A stretch of DNA of 58,481 bases, taken from assembly GCA_028864975.1 (NCBI GenBank), contig JAGWLG010000022.1:1-58481 (forward strand), written 5' to 3'. This document shows positions 9,666-17,279 of this stretch, in pieces (the stretch's first letter is position 1; each line of letters starts with the position of its first letter). Source of the stretch: Thermoplasmata archaeon. GTDB lineage: Archaea; Thermoplasmatota; Thermoplasmata; Lutacidiplasmatales; UBA184. The translations under genes and the position numbers were made by a program. The notes below the pieces were generated by a model, which was not told where the DNA came from, did no database searches, and saw only the letters and a list, made by a program, of their open reading frames with translations.

Positions 9666-9866
9666 TCCTGACCTCCACACCTCGCAGGCGAACTCGCCGC
9701 CACCCGTCCGTGTTCGCCCCAGAGACCCCGCTCACAGTTATCTCGCACTTGGGCGGGCCCCGCCCCCCCGCTGACGGCGCGAACGAGAGCAATGGCTCCA
9801 CGCGCGTCGCTCCCTTCCCTTCTTCACCGTCATCGTATCGGATGCGTGCGGGCCTGGGGCACGCCG

Positions 9867-9956
9867 CCGTTCGGGGGCGGGGCGGCGGGTGCTCGCGCTG
9901 GCCGTTCGTCGTCGCGGGGTGCGTTCGTGTCGCCGGGCCGCACGTGGCTGTCATCG
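9867..9956 (-). repeat. Mosaic repeat element, copy 2 (compact)
   Basis: Same blocks and orientation as copy 1, without its inserts. Confidence 0.9.
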
Positions 9957-10146
9957 GGCTGAAGCCTCAACGGCCGACCGCACTCCCTCCGAGGTCGCGG
10001 GACGTTCCCTCGCTCCGCTCGGCGAGGTCGCGTAAGGTCCTCGGCGGAACGAGGACGCATATCGCGACCTCGCGTCGCCAGCGACCCGCTTCGCGTCCGC
10101 CTCTGAGGCGGCTCGAAGGGGTGGGGTCGCCCGTCAACCCTTCGGG

Positions 10147-10230
10147 CGATGACAGCCACGTGCGCGGAAGGCGCCACGAACGCCGAGAGCCGAACGACCA
10201 CCGCGAGCGGGTGCCTCCCCACCCCCGAAC
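10147..10230 (+). repeat. Mosaic repeat element, copy 3 (inverted)
   Basis: 10147-10164 is a perfect 18-bp inverted repeat of 9939-9956; 10191-10208 and 10217-10230 match the reverse complement of copy 1 at 17/18 and 14/14. Confidence 0.85.
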
Positions 10231-10367
10231 TCGGGGAGAGGAAGATGGGGATGGGGGAGTGGGAGCCGTGCACCTGCCAACCCGAGCAGCCGAACTGCCC
10301 GGCCTGCACGGGGGCCGAACACCCCTGCCTGCTCTGCAAGGAAGGATCCCCCACGCCGAGGGTCGGG

Positions 10368-11901
10368 GGTAGTGTGACGAAACCTGTTGATGTCGCCCCT
10401 GTCAGGAACGTGTTTGGGTAGTCTCCTGACCTCAAGTATTCTACGGCCCCCTCGCGGGGCCTCGCGGAGGTCCGCCTGAGCTCGCTACCGCTCGCTTGGT
10501 CGCTCCGCTCCCGGACCCTTCGCTTGTCCGCCGATAGGCGGACCGAGAGCTACCGCTCGGCCTGCCGCCCGCGGTCCCCCTTCGGGGGACGCCGCTAGAA
10601 GAGGGGTGGAGTGGCTCAGGCCTGGACTCCCCACCTCAGATACCGACGGACTGCCAGCCCCCACACCCTCGGACGGAACCTCCGCACCAGCATCGTCAGG
10701 ACAAGGTTCCTCAGTCCCGAGCCCCAGTGGGCCCACTTCCGCTTACAACGGTCCGCGATCGCTCCCATCACCCTCTCCACCGCATTCGAGGTGGCGGGCA
10801 TCCAGAGCCCTCCTCCCACCTCGGCGAAGACCACCAGGGCCCGCATCTCCCGAAGGACGAATCGGGCCGACTGAGGGCACCCTCCCTGCTCCAGACGATG
10901 GCCCAGGGCCCCGAGCTCCTGGAGGGTGGCCCGCACCCTCTCCGTCACCGCCACCCCGTTCCCATCGTGGCGGTGGAACTCCACCGAGTTCCGCAGATGG
11001 GCCAGGAGACCCCGGACCGGACCTACGACCCGTTCCCTCTCCTCGAGGCTCATCCCCTCGTCGCCGAGGAGATCGTTCAGATGGCGACAGAAATGGACGT
11101 GGCACAACTGCTGGTACTCCGCCCCGAACGCTCGCAGCCCCGGGGCATCGTCGGTGGTGAGCTTCTGGACCTCCTCCCCCTCGAGAGAGGCCCCCGGGGG
11201 TGCGCCGACCCGAACGTTGACCAGCTCGACTCGGTGGTCCTGCCCTTGGCGGATCCCCGCCTCCACCTCGAGCTGCTGCTTCCTCTTCCGTCCCCTCACG
11301 AACGTCGAGTCCGTGGAGTGGTTCTGTCCCAGCTTCACCTCGACAGGGGGCGGGGGGTCCCTCTGGAGGGTTCTCTCGACCACCTGGGCCAGTTCCTTGA
11401 CGAAGTTCCAGATGGTCCGATGGGGGATGCGATAGCCCAGGACCCTTTCCATCAGACGAGAGGCCTCCGGGTACGTGCCCGTGAGGGCGTGCTCGGCGCA
11501 GGGAAGTCGCACATCGGGGGTGTAGCGCTTCTTCCCCAGGCCCAGGGCCTGGAGGAGAGGGATGAACGTCTTCCCGGCGACCCGGTCCCTCACCCGTCGG
11601 ACCCGCACGACCAGGGGTCCCATGCTCGTGCGGAAGCTGCGTTCATAGCCGCCCCAGAGACCGTAGCGGCACCTCCCGTCCTCCTGGCGCACCCTCCGAA
11701 GGTCGTCCAGGAGGTCCTCCTGGGTCCGTTCCATGACGGTGCGTAGGTCCTGGGTGCCCAGGTGCTTGGCGCGGTTCAGCAGATGACCAAAGTCTATGGC
11801 GGGGGGTGTCTCTCCATTCACGGGCCTCTCTCCTTTGGGTTCTTGCGGTTCCCAACAGGGGAGAGGTTCCCCTCGCCATCAACAAATTCCTACACACCAC
11901 T
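10368..11901 (-). mobile_element. Insertion sequence, ISH6/IS256-like, 1534 bp
   Basis: Imperfect 25-bp TIRs (10368-10392 and 11877-11901, 18/25 match); 8-bp TSD GGGTCGGG at 10360-10367 and 11902-11909. Confidence 0.9.
10616..11821 (-). CDS. DDE transposase (ISH6/IS256 superfamily)
   Basis: TDSTFV (D), TDDAPG (D), CHVH and SNAVER (E) motifs; AAAGGAGAGAGG RBS before GTG. Confidence 0.9.
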   Translation of the reverse strand: MNGETPPAIDFGHLLNRAKHLGTQDLRTVMERTQEDLLDDLRRVRQEDGRCRYGLWGGYERSFRTSMGPLVVRVRRVRDRVAGKTFIPLLQALGLGKKRYTPDVRLPCAEHALTGTYPEASRLMERVLGYRIPHRTIWNFVKELAQVVERTLQRDPPPPVEVKLGQNHSTDSTFVRGRKRKQQLEVEAGIRQGQDHRVELVNVRVGAPPGASLEGEEVQKLTTDDAPGLRAFGAEYQQLCHVHFCRHLNDLLGDEGMSLEERERVVGPVRGLLAHLRNSVEFHRHDGNGVAVTERVRATLQELGALGHRLEQGGCPQSARFVLREMRALVVFAEVGGGLWMPATSNAVERVMGAIADRCKRKWAHWGSGLRNLVLTMLVRRFRPRVWGLAVRRYLRWGVQA

Positions 11902-12793
11902 GGGTCGGGTGGTGGCTCATCTCGGTCGGGGCGGGGCCTGCCTCCTATGACCACAGGTCGGAGCTCAAGGCCCTCCATCTCCGGTGGGACCCCACCGCCC
12001 GCGAGTGGACGGGGGTTGTCCTCGGGTCGGACATCGGGACGCTCGAGGGGTTGGGCCTCGCGGTCGAGGTCCGCCAACGCCGCCAGCCGCGCGAGCCCGC
12101 GTCCCCCATGCGCAAGCGGGACCACGCGAAGGCCTCCGTGGAGGCGTACGGGGCCCGGGGCGTCCAGGGGCGCGAGAGCGCCCGGTTCAGCCTTTCGGAC
12201 TCACCCGGCGGGGTTGGGCGAGTCCTCGCCGAAAACGGTCGGGCGTTTTCGGCCTTGGACGTCACGGCAGGGCTCCCCGACGACTCCCGCGAGGACGACC
12301 AGCGGGTCCAGGCCCAGGCCGAGCGGGAGCGCCAGGGGCGCGTCCGGGCCGCACGGGCGGTCATCCAGGCCCATCCGGGGCTCGAGACGGTTCTCGCCCG
12401 CGACCAGACCAAGCTCACCCTGTTCTGCGCGGTCCACCACGTGACACCGGACGAGCTATGCCCCCACGCGGAGACCAACGGAGTCCCCATCCGGGCCAGG
12501 GGGACCCCGCGCGATGGGATGTGCAGCTACTGCCACGGGTGGCACGCCTGGGCGCGGCCCGTGGACGTTGCGGACGTCGAGGAGGTCCTGGCGACCCCCG
12601 CGGATTGGTTGAGCGAGGTCCGGGCCCGGGAGGTCGCGATCCTGCCGGGCTCGGAGTGGAACGACGGGTGAGGGACCCCGCTCCCCCGGCGTTGCGCCGG
12701 CCCCCTCCCCGGGGGGCGGGGGCCGGCGCTTTCGTTTCTTCGTGCGATAGGGACTTCCAGGCAGGTTCTCTAGGTGTCCAGGAGGATGTTGTA

Positions 12794-13186
12794 GTGAGCT
12801 CAGGAAGGTTTCGACCAAACGAGGAGGAGTTCCTCCCGATTCAATCAGGTGGTGGGCTATGGTTCGCCGTGGTTTGGCCCGATGGGACCGACGAAAGCTA
12901 CTCGAGCTCCAAGTCAGACCTCGATAGACTGCTCAAGCTCCTCGGCGGGAAGCGGGTCCCACTCCGAATCTACTCCGTGTGGCAGGGGCAGTACCGCACC
13001 GACCTGTTTCCTTGTCGTCCCGAGGTTCTCCGCAAGGAGCTGGCGGCGTCCCAGAGTCTTGGCTGGAGCCGGGTCCCCACCTGCGGGGCGGTTCGTCGTT
13101 TTGGAGATAAGAGTGAGTTTTCCGACTTCTGCCAGCGACACAAGGGCCACGAGGGGAAGCACTCGGCCCAGGGTAGCGAGTGGTAG
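12794..13186 (+). CDS. Hypothetical protein (130 aa)
   Basis: GGAGG RBS then GTG; protein-like sequence (WFAVVW...LRIYSVWQGQYRTDLF) ending in CQRHKGHEGKH. Confidence 0.6.
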   Translation: MSSGRFRPNEEEFLPIQSGGGLWFAVVWPDGTDESYSSSKSDLDRLLKLLGGKRVPLRIYSVWQGQYRTDLFPCRPEVLRKELAASQSLGWSRVPTCGAVRRFGDKSEFSDFCQRHKGHEGKHSAQGSEW

Positions 13187-13269
13187 TGGCTGCGATCGCC
13201 CGACCTCCATCAGTCTCGCCGTCTGGGTTAACCCCCTGTCCCCTGGCTGAGTGCAGGTGACGACACGCC

Positions 13270-14409
13270 CTACGCAGGCAATACCTCGGTCCATGATTTC
13301 ACCGTGATGTACGACGAGAAAGGTGCGTTGCATCGGAGGACCGTGGTGGGAAACCAGTGCGAACTTGGCGTCAGGAACGGAGGCCCGGTGATTGAGACCC
13401 ATGTCCCTGGTCCTGGCACGAACACCTCGTGCGACGTGCCGTTTGGACTGATGCTACTGGTCGGACCGCCGGTCCAAATGCTCGGGGCGTAGGAGAAGTT
13501 CCCAATCCAGCCTACGCAAATAGAGCCGTTCGGAGAACCCGTGAGTTCGACGAACCAACGGGTTGTGGTGTTGAGCTTGGTCGACTCCGGAGCCTGAACC
13601 ATTTGGGCATCCGGTGGCGAAGTCACGTAACACGACATCCCTCCACTGGGGACTGAAATGCAGTCCTCCATCCATGCGGAGACCCGTCCCGTAGGTGGCA
13701 CCAGCAGGCTCCCCGAGAAGAAACCCTCCGGGCCCGTGCCATTCCACCAGGCTTCGAACGTGATCGAGGATGTCGCGTTCCAGTAATTCCACGCTCTGAG
13801 GAAGGATGCGTTCGCCCAGGGGCCCGAGAGTGTGGTTCGACTGATGGAGGAACTTCCCCATCCGGTCCTGTTCGACTGGTCTGATAGGGCAGTACCCCAG
13901 AGTTCTGTGCAGTTGGTGAAGGCATAGCACGGGTCACCGAAGTCACCCCAGAAGAAAGAGAGTCGACCGGAGATGTGCCAAGTCATGGAGAAGGTCTCCG
14001 AATTGAAGCTGATGTTCTTTTCCCAGATGTTCCCCACGAAGACACTACGATTGGCTGGCTCCCAGCCCATCGCGGGTACCGACACCGTGTCGTTGTAAAC
14101 GGTCGCTCCCGGGGGGGGGCTGCCTGGGGGGCCGCCTCCCGGACCATTGCCTGCCCCGTGACCGCCCAGAGAGCCGTTGAAAACGAGGAAGAGCGTCGCC
14201 GACGAGACGGCCAAAGCCGCGACTGCTACGACCGCGATCAGAACAAGCAGTCGGTGACTTCCCTTGGGGGCTGCCGAGTGCGGTGCCCGGACGGGCGGTT
14301 CGGACTGACTTGCCCCCCACGACGCGAGCCCATTCGAAGGAGGAGGTCCCGGCTGTTCGACCGGCTCAGGCGACTGAGAGCCCCAGGGGCTCGGTGCAAC
14401 GCCATCCAC
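13270..14409 (-). CDS. Membrane-anchored surface (glyco)protein
   Basis: Single hydrophobic anchor LLVLIAVVAVAALAVSSATLFLVF followed by a Ser/Thr/Gly/Trp-rich domain with many NxS/T sequons; start uncertain. Confidence 0.7.
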   Translation of the reverse strand: MDGVAPSPWGSQSPEPVEQPGPPPSNGLASWGASQSEPPVRAPHSAAPKGSHRLLVLIAVVAVAALAVSSATLFLVFNGSLGGHGAGNGPGGGPPGSPPPGATVYNDTVSVPAMGWEPANRSVFVGNIWEKNISFNSETFSMTWHISGRLSFFWGDFGDPCYAFTNCTELWGTALSDQSNRTGWGSSSISRTTLSGPWANASFLRAWNYWNATSSITFEAWWNGTGPEGFFSGSLLVPPTGRVSAWMEDCISVPSGGMSCYVTSPPDAQMVQAPESTKLNTTTRWFVELTGSPNGSICVGWIGNFSYAPSIWTGGPTSSISPNGTSHEVFVPGPGTWVSITGPPFLTPSSHWFPTTVLRCNAPFSSYITVKSWTEVLPA

Positions 14410-14729
14410 GCATGTCGATAGTCCCCTCAACACAAAAACCGCACGCATTGTCCGTGGGGCCGTCCCGGTCACCGGAGAGGGGCAGCTGACCAGTTGGGGG
14501 CCGCGGGCGGCCTCGGAGCGACGCCTGGGGGTCGCCCCTCGGCCGCACCAACTGGAGCTGACCATCCTGCACGAGCAGGTTGAACGGATCGTGGCCACAG
14601 TCCAGACAATCATCCGCGCACTCGCCCCTTCGGGCCGAGTGCACGAGGTGCGCCCTTCGTGCGCACGGGCCGCCTACGGCGGCCCTGGGACGCGCCTCCA
14701 GGAATCGCCGCGGGGTTCATCCACTGTCC

Positions 14730-15152
14730 ATGGATGTCATGGTCATGAGTGAGCCCGGCAGGTTGTGGGTAGGAAGCGTCGTGATAGAGACCAAGCCCTC
14801 CTCGTTCCACCGGTTGGTGAAGTTCTGGTGCGAGGCGCTGCACTACGTGCCGCGAGAACCCCTTGGGGACTGGGCGCTCCTTCGCGATCCGTTCAAGAGT
14901 GGCCCCAACATCGCCATCCAGCAGGCCCCCGAAAAGGCCGAGGTCCCGGGGCCGGAAGGCAGGTTCCATCTTGACCTCTACTCCAGCGACTGGAAGGCCG
15001 AGACCCAGAGGCTCCTCGGGCTGGGAGCCGCGATGGTTGAGCCCGCCCAGGAGGGGCGGGACTTCGCCACCCTCGCCGATCCCGACGGGAACCTTCTGGA
15101 CGTCATCGACGCGCGCGGTTACGGGTACAAGTTCGGCCAGCGTGGCCCTTGA
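14730..15152 (+). CDS. VOC/glyoxalase-like protein
   Basis: FW..AL, RFHLDL and LADPDGNLLDV motifs. Confidence 0.85.
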   Translation: MDVMVMSEPGRLWVGSVVIETKPSSFHRLVKFWCEALHYVPREPLGDWALLRDPFKSGPNIAIQQAPEKAEVPGPEGRFHLDLYSSDWKAETQRLLGLGAAMVEPAQEGRDFATLADPDGNLLDVIDARGYGYKFGQRGP

Positions 15153-15175
15153 GCTCCTCTCGGACGATCTCATCG

Positions 15176-15565
15176 ATGTCCGAGCAGAGCGGAAACACCG
15201 CCTCCGAGCACGCCAACAACGCCGAACGCACCACCTGCCCCACCTGCGGCCGACCTATCGGCGCCGCCCCCGCCGCGCCCGGGATTGCCGCGCTCCGCGC
15301 GAACAGCGAAGCGAGCCTTGAGGCGACCGTGGCCTCCGTGGGTCCCACCCGTGAGGTCGTCACCTCCCGAGGTCCCGCAGAGGTCGCCGACGCCGTGCTC
15401 CAGGACGCGAGCGGCACCGTGAAGCTCGTCTTGTGGGGTCCGCAGACCACGAAGCTCCAGGCGGGGCAGCGCGTGCGGCTCGCGGGCGCTTGGGTCAAGG
15501 AATACCGGGGCAGGCTCCAGCTCTCCCTTGGTTCGGCCGCGTCCATGGTCGTCTTGGGGCCCTGA
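15176..15565 (+). CDS. ssb: Single OB-fold ssDNA-binding protein
   Basis: VADAVLQDASGTVKLVLWG and WVKEYRGRLQLSLG match archaeal SSB/RPA OB folds. Confidence 0.8.
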   Translation: MSEQSGNTASEHANNAERTTCPTCGRPIGAAPAAPGIAALRANSEASLEATVASVGPTREVVTSRGPAEVADAVLQDASGTVKLVLWGPQTTKLQAGQRVRLAGAWVKEYRGRLQLSLGSAASMVVLGP

Positions 15566-15779
15566 GGACGCGGCCTCGCGAGGGGCCCCGTGCCCCGGTC
15601 CTTCGGTTTGTGGCCGGGATGGGGGGCCCCTCGCCCGCAACGCGTCGATGGCGGTGCTCGGGCCCTGAGGCACCCGGGGTCTACGGCCTCCCTCCCTTTG
15701 TGAGGGAGGCCTCGGACGGACCAATCGGGGTCCGTCCAGCTCCGTCAGCGGATCGGCGCTTGACGGGTCTCCTCCCTCC

Positions 15780-15883
15780 GCGGGTGTGGCCGAGCGGTTG
15801 AAGGCGCCGGGCCGAAGGCGGGGTAACTCGTTGGAAACCCGGTGGGTGCTTGCACCCCGAGGGTTCGAATCCCTCCGCTCGCG
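15780..15883 (+). tRNA. Type II (Ser-like body) tRNA with 19-nt intron; anticodon GAA if spliced at the canonical BHB, GGA if spliced non-canonically
   Basis: Acceptor GCGGGTG/CGCTCGC plus G73; D-arm GCCGAGCGGTTGAAGGC; anticodon stem CCGGG/CCCGG; variable arm GGGTG-CTTG-CACCC; T-arm GAGGG-TTCGAAT-CCCTC; BHB CCGA/TTGG with AGG and AAA bulges. Confidence 0.88.
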
Positions 15884-16301
15884 TCTCACGCATTCTGGGG
15901 GGGGTAACGAGGGGAGGGGTCGCCCCCTCCCCCCGGCGGGCGTGGTGAGTCACGCCGCTCGCGCCACCCGGAGTTTCACGACCTCCGGGACGTCGCTAAT
16001 GGCATCGCTCTCTTGAGTCTTGAAGTTGGTGTTCGGTCGCGATTGTGCGGTGTGGTCTCAGTCCCGTCAGAACCGCGACCGACGCGAAATCGGTGCGCTG
16101 AGCGCTGCTTTCCGTAGTACCCGTCCGCACACCGAACAACGAGGGCGACCTGACTCTTCCGATATCCCTGCTCGTGGATCCTCGTCAGCATCCGTTGACC
16201 CGAGAGGCCATGGGAGCCCGCATCCGTGGCACAGCGAGGTCGCCACGCGTACGTGACCGCGTCTCCCCTACATGTTCGTGCCGAGACCCTCGGTTCTCGC
16301 T

Positions 16302-16835
16302 TCACTTCACAGGGGCCCAGCCATGGGACCACTCATGGAACTCCGTAACGGGGGGCTCGATCCCATGGCGCCACAGCAGGGCGTTCATCTCCCCTCGATG
16401 CTGGAGCTCCTCCTCGACCATGTGCCAAAGCATGGCCCGCAGTGTGACACGCTCCCTGCGCCATCGAGTCCACCCATCGTCGACCGGGGCGTTGAATTCG
16501 ATGACGCGATCCAAGTCTCGCTCCTTCAGCCGCAAGACGAACTGGAGCACTTCCCGCGTGGTCCGAGACATGGCCCGTCGGGCACCCTCAACGGTCCGGA
16601 TGCTCGTTCGAAGGCGGCCGGACGGGAACAGGCGCACCGTGTCGGTGTAGACGTACCTGAACCACCACCGATAGGCGTCGAGGACGTGCAGGAAGATCTC
16701 GAACAGGGGGAACGATGCCCCGTCGTTCAGCCGGCGCTTGCTCGCCGGGAGCCGCGATATCGCCGCGAGGTACTTCGGCCGAACCTCAGCATTGTAGCGG
16801 TACCAGGTGCAAATCGATTCAAGCTCCCCCCGCAC
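16302..16835 (-). CDS. DinB/YfiT-family protein
   Basis: WYRYNAEVR, FLHVLDA and WHMVEEELQHRGE motifs; GGAGGTG RBS before GTG. Confidence 0.88.
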   Translation of the reverse strand: MRGELESICTWYRYNAEVRPKYLAAISRLPASKRRLNDGASFPLFEIFLHVLDAYRWWFRYVYTDTVRLFPSGRLRTSIRTVEGARRAMSRTTREVLQFVLRLKERDLDRVIEFNAPVDDGWTRWRRERVTLRAMLWHMVEEELQHRGEMNALLWRHGIEPPVTEFHEWSHGWAPVK

Positions 16836-17169
16836 GTCCCACCTCCCCCCCGGTAGTCGCCCTGTCTGAAGAACCTGCGGAAGGGCCGCGCCCGGGCCCC
16901 CGGAAAGGCCCCAAGTTGCTTGTGATCGTTTAGCGTCGCCCCCTCTCCTACCCACCCGCCTCCGCCCTCTCCCCCACGCTTGGTAAGGATGCGGAAGGGT
17001 AGGGTGCGTGGGGGAAAGGGCTCCCCCGCCACCGCACGGGCGGCGGGTCCTCCCGTTCGCTTCGCGAACGGGTCCTCCCGCCGCGCAGGGGTGATTCAGG
17101 AGTGGTCGTCGTTCTGAGCGCTACACTCGAGAGGAGTCGAAGGACAGGTAGATTCGTTGGCCCGGACAA

Positions 17170-17266
17170 CCATGCCATGCTCCTTGCCAAGACACCTTGC
17201 CATGCGGCCTTGCCGAGACACACCCCCCGTTTAGAATGGCTTGGCAAGGCGGACGGCTTGGCAAGG
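17170..17266. repeat. Iteron/operator-like array of CCWTGCCRWG
   Basis: Forward copies at 17170, 17182, 17195 and 17208; inverted CTTGGCAAGG at 17240 and 17257; TTTAGAA lies between them. Confidence 0.8.
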
Positions 17267-17279
17267 GCCCAAGACCTCG

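Larger units (their letters stand above)
10245..12671 (+). pseudogene. IS-interrupted gene: Cys-rich N-terminus, DUF5710-like motif, C-terminal CxxCH
   Basis: 10245-10367 joins 11910-12671 in frame once the IS and one TSD copy are removed (294 aa). YDHRSELKALHLRWDPTAREW resembles DUF5710-type KALGARWD motifs. Confidence 0.8.

Noticed and set aside
9577-10244. Paralogous 'MTATC' peptides at 9954(-) and 10149(+)
   Set aside because: Similarity ends after five codons and the frames shift; it reflects the DNA repeat. The RBS supports ATG 10245.
10478-10510. Resemblance to the ColE1-type primosome assembly site (GAGCT..TACCGCTCGC)
   Set aside because: The match is too short for GC-rich DNA to support homology.
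15860-15883. att-site duplication of the tRNA 3' end
   Set aside because: No second copy was found by eye in the window, and no integrase is present.
15895-15945. Intrinsic terminator after the tRNA (GGGGAGGGG/CCCCTCCCC hairpin)
   Set aside because: No U-tract; archaeal termination cannot be inferred from the hairpin alone.
17170-17266. CRISPR array
   Set aside because: Units are 10 bp with 2-7 bp gaps and mixed orientation; no spacer-sized intervals and no cas genes. No CRISPR array was seen anywhere in the window.
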